This document shows positions 10,401 through 20,167 of a DNA stretch of 37,703 nucleotides, piece by piece. Source of the stretch: Gammaproteobacteria bacterium (GTDB lineage: Bacteria > Pseudomonadota > Gammaproteobacteria > Eutrophobiales > Eutrophobiaceae); contig JBFIJV010000003.1 of assembly GCA_041600575.1 (NCBI GenBank), forward strand, positions 1-37,703, given 5' to 3'. Position 1 is the stretch's first letter, and each line of letters begins with the position of its first letter. The notes under the pieces were generated by a model, which was not told where the DNA came from, did no database searches, and worked only from the letters and a program-made list of their open reading frames with translations. The translations under genes were made by a program, and so were the position numbers.

Positions 10401-10819
10401 TGAGTGAAGATGATGAGGCGAAAGCCGAATCGTCCGAGTTTGATCTCGAAATAGGCGCGGATGATGAAGCACCAGCTGAAGATAACAGTGATTCAGATAT
10501 GGATTTTGAATTAAGCCTTGATGATGACTCTGAGTCATCAGATAACGATATCAGCCTTGACCTTGATGGAACAGTTGAGATACCAAAAAGTGGTGATGCG
10601 GATGATGATGACGATGATGATCATACGGTGTTTGTACCCAGGGCATCACAACCTGATGAACAAAGTGCTGATGATGAAATTGCTACCAAACTGGATCTTG
10701 CCAAGGCCTATGTTGAATTAGGCGATAAGGATAGTGCCAAAGTTATTCTTGATGAAGTTATGGCTGACGGAAATGATGAACAGCGCAAACAAGCTGAGGA
10801 TCTATTAGGACAGTGTTAA
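7409..10819 (+). CDS. fimV: FimV/HubP polar landmark protein
   Basis: Signal peptide (ANA|LGLG), LysM-like ETLWSIA...MLALLRANPEAF, coiled coil, single TM, long acidic region, TPR-like segment, C-terminal TKLDLAKAYVELGD; lies between asd and truA. ATG 7409 preferred over TTG 7382. Confidence 0.93.
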   Translation: MKRKFYIVILLALVPALANALGLGNLDLNSALNEPFDARIQLLSPTADELDSLTVNLADSNAFARAKIDRPFILSKLKFSLRRSVDDGPDYIRVYSQDPIREPFLNFLVEVSWSNGRLFREYTVLLDPPLYDPTARDSKFTRSQPSSGSMAEPVTLDDPAHKVIYTDDFEQTSSSVASPNVNYTGGDYGPISESETLWSIASAMRPDTSTSVNQMMLALLRANPEAFLNQNINGLKRGQILRMPNESELAALSNAEALANVQSQHAAWDNIKDNLSGAVTERPEVSSVPESSATDADMVAVEEMAETDAELKLVAADDTDKPTQQVASVDSGTGDELVLAQESIQALTRENMELRDRLQESEALLDDLKRLLSLKDDELAALQEQAITSEGMAEEAEPIVDESMSDTEQETVTEVEEAMDEQAAMEDADEMIVDDEEAEMPQVAEEEVIEVIESEPTADSEGIMGMVEQYLGPVKEILLGNPMIGMAIAAVLIVLIIIIVIMKFKKESAETIDIDAMTEEAFPDFDSSDLGGDEMPESEAVTVLPDADAEAETVIKEEAVADIDHEAENQFAVEGDTPVEDAPVDLAPAEEESDEDPLQEVNTYLAFEQFDQAEEFVRNVIKDDPDNPEYHTKLLEVFYTSGNKKGYEEEAKVLHEKVGGEGEHWNMAVAMWQEMSPSRALFEAGGGEEEDDAADTTSGGFVDVTADDETSEDSGGLDFDIGGAEDDSVDAEQPAAEAEEEILDITATDEGEDILDVTAAVGLEEEDDMLDISSASTSSDDLLDVTAAVGLDEVEDNNADDGADDVLDITSSEESSGEDLLDVTAASDLDLDSEEDLLDVTAATGAGADSSELLGFEIENSDESKSTHETDAEKDNASDSDESADDDNLLDFDLGTSEDDNASDSDESTDDDNLLDFDLGTSDEDAAPEIEAGETDADDAGLEIDLAIPESDSSDTDDNALDMSLNMTEDNSEIKLDVAEDAAAGDDADDEISLDFDMSEDDEAKAESSEFDLEIGADDEAPAEDNSDSDMDFELSLDDDSESSDNDISLDLDGTVEIPKSGDADDDDDDDHTVFVPRASQPDEQSADDEIATKLDLAKAYVELGDKDSAKVILDEVMADGNDEQRKQAEDLLGQC
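10031..10180 (+). repeat. Two near-identical 75-bp tandem repeats within fimV
   Basis: 10031-10105 and 10106-10180 encode DNASDSDESADDDNLLDFDLGTSED and DNASDSDESTDDDNLLDFDLGTSDE. Confidence 0.95.
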
Positions 10820-10925
10820 CCTGTTAAATAATTCAGCAGAATGTTTTAGTTTAATTTTATCTACAAACAGACCAAATAAGCTGATTCTATTTTATTTGTT
10901 TAACCACCAATAAGACCAGTACAGA

Positions 10926-11717
10926 ATGAAAATTGCGCTGGGAATCGAATACGCAGGTTGTAATTATTATGGTTGGCAAAGACAGTCCATCTCTCCAACA
11001 ATACAAGAAACACTGGAATCTGCATTATCTAAAATTGCAAATGAACGGATAAAGATCCATTGTGCTGGCAGAACTGATACCGGCGTACACGCCATTCAGC
11101 AAGTAGTTCATTTTGAAACCTCATCGCAACGAGACTTACATGCGTGGGTTTCAGGTACCAATACAATACTTTCAAAAGATATAGCCGTAACCTGGGCATT
11201 AGATGTCGATGACGATTTTCACGCCAGGTTTAGTGCTGAGCGAAGAACTTATCAGTATTTGATTTTAAATCGACAGGCACGTCCGGCTATATTCAATGGA
11301 TTAGTGACATGGGAGTGCCGACCACTCGATTTTGAAATAATGAAACAGGCTTCAAGCTGTTTTGTTGGAAAACATGACTTTTCCTCATATAGAGCAGTCG
11401 CTTGTCAGGCTAAATCACCTGTTCGAACAATACATAGCTTTGAGATTGATAGACTCGATGATTGGATCGTGATTACACTATGCGCAAATGCTTTTTTACA
11501 TCATATGGTAAGAAATATAGCCGGTGTATTGATGGCGATAGGACTGAATAAAAAAGAAGTTAATTGGGCTGCAGATGTATTGGCGGCTAGAGATAGAACG
11601 GTTGGTGGTGTAACTGCCCCTCCGGATGGATTGTATCTGGTTGATATTCAATACCCACAACGTTTTTCAATACCAGCCTCAAAAACAGTATTAGAAAAAT
11701 TTGGTATAGGCCATTAA
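10926..11717 (+). CDS. truA: tRNA pseudouridine(38-40) synthase
   Basis: GWQRQ, CAGRTDTGVHA catalytic Asp, FHARFSA, NAFLHHMVRNI, TAPPDGLYL. Confidence 0.97.
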   Translation: MKIALGIEYAGCNYYGWQRQSISPTIQETLESALSKIANERIKIHCAGRTDTGVHAIQQVVHFETSSQRDLHAWVSGTNTILSKDIAVTWALDVDDDFHARFSAERRTYQYLILNRQARPAIFNGLVTWECRPLDFEIMKQASSCFVGKHDFSSYRAVACQAKSPVRTIHSFEIDRLDDWIVITLCANAFLHHMVRNIAGVLMAIGLNKKEVNWAADVLAARDRTVGGVTAPPDGLYLVDIQYPQRFSIPASKTVLEKFGIGH

Positions 11718-11747
11718 AGTTACTATTTAAAATTCTACATGGAAAAA

Positions 11748-12368
11748 ATGAATCGTACCCGAGTAAAAATTTGCGGGATTACCAATCTTGAAGATGCAAA
11801 AATGGCAGTTTCGGCTGGTGCCGATGCGATTGGATTGGTATTTTATAAAAACAGCCCGCGCTTTGTATCAATAAATGTTGCTAGCCAAATTACCAGAAAT
11901 TTGCCGCCTTTTATTAATTGTGTTGGTTTATTTGTAGATGCCGATGAAAGTTATATTCGTCAAGTATTAGAGCAGGTTGAGATTGATACACTCCAATTTC
12001 ATGGACAAGAGTCGGAACAGGCTTGCGCTTTGTACCAGAGGCCTTATATTAAAGCTGTCAGGATGCAGAAAACTATTAATTTAATGGAAGAAGTTAATAA
12101 GTATCCCTCAGCCAGAGCGTTACTGCTGGATACCTATGTAGACGGTACTCCCGGTGGTACTGGTGAAACCTTTGATTGGGGTATTATTCCTGAGGAGTTG
12201 TTAAAACCATTAATACTTGCAGGTGGTTTGGATGCATCCAATGTAAAAAAAGCGATTTCCGAAGTCCGCCCTTACGCAGTGGATGTCAGTGGTGGCGTCG
12301 AGAAGGAAAAAGGAATCAAAGATGCAAACAAAATTAAAAAATTTATTAGTGAGACTATGAATGCTTGA
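11748..12368 (+). CDS. trpF: Phosphoribosylanthranilate isomerase
   Basis: [50 protein letters not shown]. Start could be 11739. Confidence 0.96.
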   Translation: MNRTRVKICGITNLEDAKMAVSAGADAIGLVFYKNSPRFVSINVASQITRNLPPFINCVGLFVDADESYIRQVLEQVEIDTLQFHGQESEQACALYQRPYIKAVRMQKTINLMEEVNKYPSARALLLDTYVDGTPGGTGETFDWGIIPEELLKPLILAGGLDASNVKKAISEVRPYAVDVSGGVEKEKGIKDANKIKKFISETMNA

Positions 12369-13599
12369 AGTAAATGAAAAAACAGATAACTCAGATATCG
12401 AATCATTTAAGTCGATGCCTGATAAACGTGGACATTTTGGTCCTTATGGTGGCCGATTTGTCTCTGAGACTTTAATGGGACCATTGCAGGAACTTGAAGA
12501 AGCCTATTATAAATATGCAAAAGATCCTGATTTTATTGCCGAGTTTGAACATGATTTAAAACACTATGTTGGTCGACCTTCTCCGCTATATCATGCCAAA
12601 CGCTGGAGTGAACAACTTGGTGGCGCACAAATATATTTAAAACGGGAAGACTTAAATCATACTGGTGCGCACAAGATAAATAATACGGTGGGTCAGGCCT
12701 TATTGGCAAAACTCATGGGTAAACGACGCGTCATTGCCGAGACTGGTGCCGGTCAACATGGTGTTGCGACAGCAACCGTAGCTGCTCGTTATGGCATGGA
12801 GTGTGTCGTTTATATGGGCGCCGAGGATATACAGCGACAGGCTATGAACGTATTTCGAATGAAATTACTTGGCGCAAAAGTGGTGTCGGTAGAAGCAGGT
12901 TCAAAAACATTAAAAGACGCATTGAATGAAGCTATGCGTGATTGGGTGACCAATGTGGATGATACCTTTTATATTATTGGTACTGTTGCCGGTCCACATC
13001 CTTATCCTGCTATGGTGAGAGATTTTAATGCAGTTGTCGGGCGTGAAGCACGACAACAATGTCTCGACCAAACTGGAAGACTTCCAGATACACTGGTTGC
13101 TTGCGTAGGCGGCGGTTCCAATGCGATAGGATTATTTCATCGTTTTCTGGATGATAAGGACGTTGTTATTTATGGAGTGGAAGCGGCTGGTGATGGTATT
13201 GAAACTGGACGTCACGCAGCACCTTTAAATGCTGGAAAACCGGGTGTTTTACACGGTAACCGTACCTATCTTATGGAAGACAATTACGGTCAAATAATCG
13301 AAACACATTCAATTTCAGCAGGTCTGGATTATCCTGGCGTAGGGCCTGAGCATTCCTGGTTGAAAGATACAGGTCGTGCCAACTATGTTTCAGTTACTGA
13401 TATTGAAGCACTGCAGGCCTTTCATGATTTGACCCGTATAGAAGGGATTATTCCCGCATTGGAATCTAGCCATGCACTGGCTTATACAGCAAAAATTGCC
13501 CCTGAAATGGATAAAGATGCGATAATTATCGCTAATTTATCGGGTCGTGGTGATAAGGATATTCATACGGTTGCTGCACACGAAGGAATAACACTTTAA
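12361..13599 (+). CDS. trpB: Tryptophan synthase beta subunit
   Basis: [56 protein letters not shown]; overlaps the trpF stop by 8 bp. Confidence 0.98.
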   Translation: MLEVNEKTDNSDIESFKSMPDKRGHFGPYGGRFVSETLMGPLQELEEAYYKYAKDPDFIAEFEHDLKHYVGRPSPLYHAKRWSEQLGGAQIYLKREDLNHTGAHKINNTVGQALLAKLMGKRRVIAETGAGQHGVATATVAARYGMECVVYMGAEDIQRQAMNVFRMKLLGAKVVSVEAGSKTLKDALNEAMRDWVTNVDDTFYIIGTVAGPHPYPAMVRDFNAVVGREARQQCLDQTGRLPDTLVACVGGGSNAIGLFHRFLDDKDVVIYGVEAAGDGIETGRHAAPLNAGKPGVLHGNRTYLMEDNYGQIIETHSISAGLDYPGVGPEHSWLKDTGRANYVSVTDIEALQAFHDLTRIEGIIPALESSHALAYTAKIAPEMDKDAIIIANLSGRGDKDIHTVAAHEGITL

Positions 13600-13621
13600 T
13601 TCGGATTTTGGGTAGACACAC

Positions 13622-13813
13622 ATGAATAATCGTGAGCGTTTAATGGACATAATGGCTGAAAAAAAACTTGATCGTTTGGAAATCTCTGAGTTAGTAAAGG
13701 TTAAGCTTGATGAAGTTGACCATTGGTTATTACCTCACGACTCAAAAAATCATCAGGAAATGCCTGATATGGCAATTGAGTTACTCGAATTAAAACTGGG
13801 TTTAAAAGAATAA
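13622..13813 (+). CDS. 63-aa hypothetical protein, Cro/XRE-like helix-turn-helix pattern
   Basis: Fills the trpB-trpA gap co-directionally, ATG start. Pattern RLMDIMAEKKL-DRLEISELVKV-KLDEVDHW...MPDMAIELL resembles small XRE HTH proteins. Confidence 0.65.
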   Translation: MNNRERLMDIMAEKKLDRLEISELVKVKLDEVDHWLLPHDSKNHQEMPDMAIELLELKLGLKE

Positions 13814-13829
13814 TTGATTCAATTATTCT
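13807..13829. promoter_or_regulatory. Perfect 11-1-11 palindrome, candidate operator
   Basis: AGAATAATTGA-T-TCAATTATTCT, overlapping the stop codon of the 63-aa ORF and 53 bp upstream of trpA. Confidence 0.45.
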
Positions 13830-13882
13830 GAATATTGCCTTTCTATTTTTGTACCTTTTAACACTTCATAAATTAATCAACT

Positions 13883-14692
13883 ATGAGCAGAATTGAAGCG
13901 TGTTTTAACGCACTTAAAAATAATAATAAAAAAGCGCTTATTCCATTTATTACAGCAGGCGATCCTTCTATCGATTTAACTATTGAGTTAATGGATGTTT
14001 TGGTTGAGGCAGGTGCCGATATAATTGAATTAGGTGTACCTTTTTCTGATCCTATGGCTGATGGGCCAGTAATACAAAGAGCAAGTGAACGTGCCTTGGC
14101 AAATGGGACGAATACTGATGATGTCTTTAATATTGTAAAAACATTCAGGGCCAGAAACGATTCAACACCAGTTATTTTAATGGGATACTTGAATCCAATT
14201 GAAGTCATGGGTTATGACACCTTTGTGGAGAAAGCCGCAGCTGTTGGTGTTGATGGTCTGATTATTGTTGATCTACCACCGGAAGAGTCGGTGGAGTTCA
14301 GCAAGATATTGAAACCAAACGGGATCGATCAAATATTCCTCGTTTCTCCAACTACACTTGGAGAACGTTTGGACAGGATCTGTGAAGCCGCTTCCGGCTT
14401 CCTGTATTATGTCTCCCTGAAAGGTGTTACTGGCAGTAATCAACTGGATGTTAAGGCTGTTGGCGATAAATTGGACGAAATTCGAAGCAAAACAAAATTG
14501 CCGTTAGGTGTCGGATTTGGTATTAAAAATTCACAAATTGCGAAAGATGTAGGTAGCATCAGTGATGCTGTGGTTGTGGGTAGTGCCTTGGTTGAGCGAA
14601 TTGCAGAACATGTTGAAAACAGTGAAAAAATGAAATCGGAAATATCCTCATTTATCAGTTCTTTAAGAACTGCATTAGATAGTATTGGATAA
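13883..14692 (+). CDS. trpA: Tryptophan synthase alpha subunit
   Basis: [63 protein letters not shown]. Confidence 0.98.
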   Translation: MSRIEACFNALKNNNKKALIPFITAGDPSIDLTIELMDVLVEAGADIIELGVPFSDPMADGPVIQRASERALANGTNTDDVFNIVKTFRARNDSTPVILMGYLNPIEVMGYDTFVEKAAAVGVDGLIIVDLPPEESVEFSKILKPNGIDQIFLVSPTTLGERLDRICEAASGFLYYVSLKGVTGSNQLDVKAVGDKLDEIRSKTKLPLGVGFGIKNSQIAKDVGSISDAVVVGSALVERIAEHVENSEKMKSEISSFISSLRTALDSIG

Positions 14693-14696
14693 AAAT

Positions 14697-15560
14697 ATGA
14701 GCTGGTTTAAAAAAATATTACCTTCACGCAATAAAACTAATGGATCAACGCGTCGTACTGTTCCAGAAGGCATCTGGACGAAGTGTCATATGTGCCAGGC
14801 TGTGCTTTATCGTGCCGAACTTGAAAGGAACAATGAAGTTTGTCCGAAATGTGATCATCATATGCGTATTAGTGCCAGGGCTCGTCTCGAAAGCTTTCTG
14901 GATGAAGACAATAGAGAAGAAATTGGTGTCGATGTAAAACCTGTCGATATTTTGAGATTTCGCGATAGTAAAAGATATAAAGATAGACTTAACCACGCCC
15001 AGCGTAAAACCGGTGAGGATGATGCTATGGTGGTTATGTCGGGCACGCTAAAAGGTTTGCCTGTCGTTGCCTGTGCTTTTGAATTCAGTTTCATGGGTGG
15101 CTCAATGGGATCCGTTGTGGGTGAGCGATTTGTGCGTGGTGTTGAAACCGCAATAGCATTGAATGCTTCGTTGATCTGCTTTTCTACAAGTGGTGGTGCC
15201 AGAATGCAGGAAGCACTGTTTTCATTGATGCAAATGGCCAAAACATCCGCAGCGATAGCCGTCTTACGTAATTACAAATTGCCTTATATCTCTGTGCTAA
15301 CGGATCCGACTATGGGTGGTGTCTCCGCCAGCCTGGCCACTCTTGGTGATATCAATATTGCTGAACCAAATGCATTGATTGGGTTTGCAGGACCCAGGGT
15401 TATTGAACAAACGGTAAGAGAAACTCTGCCGGCAGGATTCCAACGCAGTGAATTCTTACTTGAGCATGGCGATATAGATATGATTGTCGATCGTCGGCAA
15501 TTACGAGATAGAATCAGTAAATTATTATCAATATTGACACATCGATCAGTAATCGCATGA
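14697..15560 (+). CDS. accD: Acetyl-CoA carboxylase carboxyltransferase beta subunit
   Basis: VPEGIWTKC-x2-C...CPKC zinc ribbon, [41 protein letters not shown]. Confidence 0.97.
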   Translation: MSWFKKILPSRNKTNGSTRRTVPEGIWTKCHMCQAVLYRAELERNNEVCPKCDHHMRISARARLESFLDEDNREEIGVDVKPVDILRFRDSKRYKDRLNHAQRKTGEDDAMVVMSGTLKGLPVVACAFEFSFMGGSMGSVVGERFVRGVETAIALNASLICFSTSGGARMQEALFSLMQMAKTSAAIAVLRNYKLPYISVLTDPTMGGVSASLATLGDINIAEPNALIGFAGPRVIEQTVRETLPAGFQRSEFLLEHGDIDMIVDRRQLRDRISKLLSILTHRSVIA

Positions 15561-15582
15561 CTTGAATTATTTTCAAAGCATT

Positions 15583-16908
15583 ATGCCCAGTAAAATTAAA
15601 TCAATTCCCAGCTCTAGGAAACATCCCGATAAATTAAGATTCAATCGTCTTGAAAAATGGTTGAAGTGGCAGGAAAGCCTGCATTTTACGGCTATCGAAC
15701 TGGGTCTGGAACGTTGTCGTCGTGTTGCAAACAACATGGGTTTACTCAAGCCGGCTTATAATGTCATTAGTGTTGCTGGAACCAATGGTAAAGGTTCAAG
15801 TGTTACCATGTTGGATAAAATACTGCGTAACGCGGGCTATAAGGTAGGCCGTTATACATCTCCACATTTACTTCGGTATAACGAACGAATTTGTATCAAC
15901 GGGGAAGAAGTCTCCGATTCGGAACTATGTGAATCATTTGACCGAATTGATAGAGCGCGTGGTGATATTTCATTAACCTATTTTGAATTTGGAACCCTGA
16001 CAGCGCTGGATCTTTTTCGTCAACATAATGTTGATCTAGCCATTCTTGAAGTAGGTCTGGGTGGTAGACTGGATGCGGTTAATGTACTTGATGCCGATGT
16101 TGCTTTAATTACCAGTATTGATATTGATCATCAGCAATGGCTTGGCGACAATCGCGAAAGTATAGCCAGAGAAAAAGCGGGCATCTTTAGAAACAAAGCG
16201 CCTGCCATTTGTTCTGACCCTAAACCTCCGCAAAGCTTGCTTGATTGTGCTGATGCATTAGGCACACCTTTGTCAGTATTGGGGCGTGACTTTAAACTAT
16301 CAACAAACCACGGTTTTTGGTCATGGAATACTGATAACGTGTCCTTGCAAAAATTACCCAGACCGATGCAATTCTGTGATTTTCAATTGGAAAATGCAGC
16401 GGGTGTATTGATGGTGTTGGAAAAAATAAAACATGATTACACGGTGAGTATTGAACATATAAAAGATGGTCTGAGTAGTTTTCGCCTAAATGGTCGTATG
16501 CAATTTTTGCCTGGTAGAATTCCGAAGATTTTAGATGTGGCGCATAATAGTGAGTCTGTAAAAGTATTGGTGAAAAATTTAAGTAGAATCCCGTGTTTAG
16601 GACAAACGCATTTAATCGTGGGGATGTTGAAAGATAAAGATCATCCCGAGGTATTTAAAGTTTTAAATAATATTGCGGATAGCTGGAATATCATAACACT
16701 GACTGAGGATCGCGGTAGTGATGCTAAAACCTTGATATCAGAACTTGAAATCCTGGGCATCAAAGAGAATGTAACTGAATATACAAGTGTCGAACAGGCA
16801 TTGGATAAACTCGAAGAGTTAGCAATGATCGGAGATAGAATTGTGGTAACGGGTTCATTTTTAACAGTCGGCGCTGCACTTCGTCACTTAGATCAGGAAT
16901 TAAGTTAA
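15583..16908 (+). CDS. folC: Folylpolyglutamate/dihydrofolate synthase
   Basis: VAGTNGKGS, YTSPHL, LEVGLGGRLDAVN, IAREKAGIFR, LDVAHN, TGSFLTVG. Start uncertain. Confidence 0.96.
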   Translation: MPSKIKSIPSSRKHPDKLRFNRLEKWLKWQESLHFTAIELGLERCRRVANNMGLLKPAYNVISVAGTNGKGSSVTMLDKILRNAGYKVGRYTSPHLLRYNERICINGEEVSDSELCESFDRIDRARGDISLTYFEFGTLTALDLFRQHNVDLAILEVGLGGRLDAVNVLDADVALITSIDIDHQQWLGDNRESIAREKAGIFRNKAPAICSDPKPPQSLLDCADALGTPLSVLGRDFKLSTNHGFWSWNTDNVSLQKLPRPMQFCDFQLENAAGVLMVLEKIKHDYTVSIEHIKDGLSSFRLNGRMQFLPGRIPKILDVAHNSESVKVLVKNLSRIPCLGQTHLIVGMLKDKDHPEVFKVLNNIADSWNIITLTEDRGSDAKTLISELEILGIKENVTEYTSVEQALDKLEELAMIGDRIVVTGSFLTVGAALRHLDQELS

Positions 16909-16914
16909 CTTAAG

Positions 16915-17520
16915 ATGCATCAACGTTTAAAAGAACGATTAGTTGGTGCAGCTGTATTGGTTGTTCTCGCTGTAATATTTATCCCAATAATATTAACTGG
17001 CCCGATTGATTCAGGTTCCATCAAAAATACAAATATACCCGAACGTCCCGTTGAGAAATTTAATTCGAATCTAATTCCATTAACGGATACCGTAGTCGTT
17101 GACCAACCAGATAAAATTAATGACGAAGAAGTAAAAAATAAGGCATCAAGGAATACCCGGGTTGAGGAAGATTCCATTAGTCAGCAAGAGCATACGGTTA
17201 CTAAAACCAAACCACCCGTCACTGTCCGGGACAGTGCTACGACGTCTGTACCAACCAATACAGTAAAAGACAAATCTGTGGGCTTGACCGCCTGGGTAGT
17301 TCAGTTAGGCAGTTTTTCGAGCAAGGAGAATGCCGATAAATTAAATACAACATTAAGGAAGTCCGGTTTTCCTGCTTTTGTTGAACCAATACAACAAAAT
17401 AATGAAACAGTATATCGGGTCAGGGTAGGCCCGGAATTATTACGTGCTGATGCTGATGCATTGCTCAAGAAAATAAAAGAAAAAAATAAGCTAAACGGGA
17501 TAGTCTTGAATTATCCATGA
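16915..17520 (+). CDS. dedD: SPOR-domain cell division protein
   Basis: LKERLVGAAVLV N-terminal TM and a C-terminal SPOR domain (WVVQLGSF...NA...YRVRVGP); between folC and cvpA. Confidence 0.88.
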   Translation: MHQRLKERLVGAAVLVVLAVIFIPIILTGPIDSGSIKNTNIPERPVEKFNSNLIPLTDTVVVDQPDKINDEEVKNKASRNTRVEEDSISQQEHTVTKTKPPVTVRDSATTSVPTNTVKDKSVGLTAWVVQLGSFSSKENADKLNTTLRKSGFPAFVEPIQQNNETVYRVRVGPELLRADADALLKKIKEKNKLNGIVLNYP

Positions 17521-17555
17521 TCAATTAATCTATAATTGCAGAATATAATCTAATA

Positions 17556-18065
17556 ATGTCTACAGCTGACATCGTCATTCTTTGTTTGATTGCCTTGCCA
17601 ACCATTGTTGGTGTCTTTTATGGATTTTTGAATATCCTGTTTTCATTATTATCGTGGGCTGTTTCTTTGGGCCTCTCAATTAAACTGGTGCCTTTCTTTT
17701 CTCCATTGTTGGAAAATTATGTCGATACGCCGATTTTAAGAGTGGTTCTGGCATTCATCGCATTGTTCATTTTAAGTTTACTTATAATGAGCGGTATCAG
17801 TTATTTTATAGTAAAGTTGTTAGGTAGAACCGGCTTAACAGCAGCGGACAGGATCCTTGGACTTTTCTTTGGTATGGGTCTCGGTGGCCTTATCGTTGCT
17901 GTCATTGTCTTTATGGGTGGCTTCACTGCATTTCCTCAGGAACCGTGGTGGGAAGAATCAAAACTAGTTACTCCTTTTGAGCGTATTAGTATTTGGAGTG
18001 CGCGTTTTTTACCAGAATCAATTACGGAATATCATTCCTATGAGCAGGCAGATGAAAATGGTTAA
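17556..18065 (+). CDS. cvpA: CvpA-family membrane protein
   Basis: Four TM segments, GLTAADRILGLFFG, WWEESKL; directly upstream of purF. Confidence 0.9.
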   Translation: MSTADIVILCLIALPTIVGVFYGFLNILFSLLSWAVSLGLSIKLVPFFSPLLENYVDTPILRVVLAFIALFILSLLIMSGISYFIVKLLGRTGLTAADRILGLFFGMGLGGLIVAVIVFMGGFTAFPQEPWWEESKLVTPFERISIWSARFLPESITEYHSYEQADENG

Positions 18066-18089
18066 TAAATCCATAAGAGCAATACAATT

Positions 18090-19604
18090 ATGTGCGGCAT
18101 AATCGGAATTGTTGCAAAGAACCCGGTCAATCAGGCTATATATGATGGCCTGACTGTACTACAGCATCGAGGACAAGACGCTGCTGGTATGGTGACATGT
18201 GATGGAAATAAATTATATCTAAGGAAAGACAATGGTCTCGTCAGAGACGTATTCCATACACGCCACATGCTAAATCTAAAAGGCAATATGGGTATTGGTC
18301 ACGTACGTTATCCTACTGCTGGCTGTGCTTCGTCAGCAGAAGCACAACCTTTTTATGTCAATACACCCTATGGAATAACACTTGCTCATAATGGAAATCT
18401 GACGAATGCCGAAACACTAAAAGAAGACTTAATGCGTGATGATCTTCGGCATCTAAATACTAATTCAGATTCTGAAGTGCTGTTAAATATCCTGGCGCAC
18501 GAATTGAGTGCAATTGGCAAGCTCAGAAAAAATCTTAAGCCAGAAGATATCTTCAAGGCGGTTAATAAATTGCACCTACGTTGCAAGGGTGGTTATGCGG
18601 CTGTTGCCATGATCACCGAAGTTGGAATATTAGGTTTTCGTGATCCGAATGGAATCAGACCGGTGGTATTCGGCGAACGAAAAACAGATAGCGGCACTGA
18701 GTTTATTATTGCATCAGAGAGCGTCGCGATTGACGCACTGGATTTTAAAAGGATCCGTGATATTGAACCGGGTGAAGCGGTATTTATAAGTCTCGATGGC
18801 GAGATTCATACCTTTCAGTGTTCGGACAATCCTGCGTACAGTCCTTGTATTTTTGAGCATGTTTATCTAGCAAGGCCCGATTCAATAATTGACGGTATCT
18901 CTGTCTATAAAGCACGGTTGAGAATGGGTGAAAAACTAGCCAAGAAAATACTTAAGCTTTATCCAAAACATGATATTGATGTTGTCATTCCTATTCCTGA
19001 CTCCAGTCGAACAGCCGCGTTACCGTTAGCTCACAAACTGGGTGTTAAATATCGTGAAGGGTTTGTAAAAAATCGATATATACCCAGAACCTTTATCATG
19101 CCAGGGCAGAGTATTCGCAAAAAATCAGTGAGACAAAAATTGAATGCGATTGGATTAGAATTCAAGGGTAAAAATGTTTTGTTGGTAGATGACTCTATTG
19201 TCAGGGGCACCACTTCAAGAGAAATTGTACAGATGGCAAGAGAGGCAGGCGCAAAGCGTGTATATGTTGCATCCGCGGCGCCACCAGTTCGTTATCCAAA
19301 TGTTTATGGAATAGACATGCCAACGGCGACTGAATTGATTGCTTATAATAAAACGGTTGAAGAGGTTGCTGAAATAATCGGCGCTGACTGGTTAGTTTAT
19401 CAAGATATAAAAGATTTAATTGCATCCGCTCATAGGGGCAATAAGATGATTACGCAATTTGATACGTCCTGTTTTACCGGTGAATATGTCACGGGTGATG
19501 TTAGTCCGGATTATCTTGCGAGAGTTGAATCAATTAGAAATGATTCCGCAAGAGACATGCAAAACAGTGATGAAGGATTAACAGATTTAACAGAAAACTA
19601 TTGA
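18090..19604 (+). CDS. purF: Amidophosphoribosyltransferase
   Basis: N-terminal [44 protein letters not shown]. Confidence 0.98.
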   Translation: MCGIIGIVAKNPVNQAIYDGLTVLQHRGQDAAGMVTCDGNKLYLRKDNGLVRDVFHTRHMLNLKGNMGIGHVRYPTAGCASSAEAQPFYVNTPYGITLAHNGNLTNAETLKEDLMRDDLRHLNTNSDSEVLLNILAHELSAIGKLRKNLKPEDIFKAVNKLHLRCKGGYAAVAMITEVGILGFRDPNGIRPVVFGERKTDSGTEFIIASESVAIDALDFKRIRDIEPGEAVFISLDGEIHTFQCSDNPAYSPCIFEHVYLARPDSIIDGISVYKARLRMGEKLAKKILKLYPKHDIDVVIPIPDSSRTAALPLAHKLGVKYREGFVKNRYIPRTFIMPGQSIRKKSVRQKLNAIGLEFKGKNVLLVDDSIVRGTTSREIVQMAREAGAKRVYVASAAPPVRYPNVYGIDMPTATELIAYNKTVEEVAEIIGADWLVYQDIKDLIASAHRGNKMITQFDTSCFTGEYVTGDVSPDYLARVESIRNDSARDMQNSDEGLTDLTENY

Positions 19605-19639
19605 AAAAGAACCACGGCCTAAAAGATTTAGGACCGTGG
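19604..19639 (-). terminator. Intrinsic terminator-like hairpin downstream of phaP
   Basis: CCACGGCCTAAA-AGA-TTTAGGACCGTGG with one bulge; on the minus strand it is followed by TTCTTTTT. Confidence 0.6.
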
Positions 19640-19667
19640 AATAAGTAGGGGTATATCTAAACTTGGG

Positions 19668-19696
19668 TAAACCCGTATTAAGAAAATACGGGTTTA
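19668..19696. terminator. Second hairpin between convergent purF and phaP
   Basis: TAAACCCGTATT-AAGAA-AATACGGGTTTA, a perfect 12-bp stem. Confidence 0.55.
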
Positions 19697-19705
19697 AATT
19701 AATGC

Positions 19706-20068
19706 TTAAGCAGATTTTTTAGCAAATGGGACAATCGTCGCTGCTTCTTCTACGCCTTTCTCAACCCATGCGCTTACTTCTTCTTTGGATTCATTCATGA
19801 TGTCTACAGTATTGCGAGCAATACCCTGGACTTTCTCACTAGCTTCGTTGATAAGCGAAGTTTGGCTGCTTATGATTTCTTTATAATCTTTTGATCTTCC
19901 AAGCATTTCCAACTGTGAAGTAACGCACTCCATAGAAAGATTAATGAATGCTTGCTGTTGATCAGAAATCTGACCAGCAATTTTCAAGTTGATGTTATAA
20001 AGCTCTTTCATAGCATCATAGTTTGCTTTACCTAATTTACTCATGGTTTCAAATATTTCATTATTCAT
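19706..20068 (-). CDS. phaP: Phasin (PHA granule-associated protein)
   Basis: 120-aa amphipathic all-helical protein, AGGAG SD before ATG 20068, immediately downstream of phaR, with PhaR-type boxes upstream. Confidence 0.82.
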   Translation of the reverse strand: MNNEIFETMSKLGKANYDAMKELYNINLKIAGQISDQQQAFINLSMECVTSQLEMLGRSKDYKEIISSQTSLINEASEKVQGIARNTVDIMNESKEEVSAWVEKGVEEAATIVPFAKKSA

Positions 20069-20108
20069 TGTTCGTCTCCTCAATGGTCAAATCATCACAC
20101 GAGTATGG

Positions 20109-20137
20109 TGCAATGCAACAATTATTGCAATGCAGCA
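20109..20137. promoter_or_regulatory. Two PhaR-type operator boxes
   Basis: TGCAATGCAACA (20109-20120) and TGCAATGCAGCA (20126-20137). A TGC-N3-GCA core is the known type of PhaR site. Confidence 0.75.
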
Positions 20138-20162
20138 TATTATTTTTTTGGGGATCTGTCAA
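20134..20162 (-). promoter_or_regulatory. Sigma70 promoter of phaP
   Basis: Minus strand TTGACA (20162-20157)-17 bp-TATGCT (20139-20134); the -10 element overlaps a PhaR-type box. Confidence 0.75.
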
Positions 20163-20167
20163 TACCA

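Noticed and set aside
13807-13829. Fur box interpretation of the palindrome
   Set aside because: Only about 10 of 19 matches to GATAATGATAATCATTATC and no iron-related context.
15562-15640. N-terminal extension of FolC
   Set aside because: The start codon is uncertain and short basic extensions are common; no support for a function.
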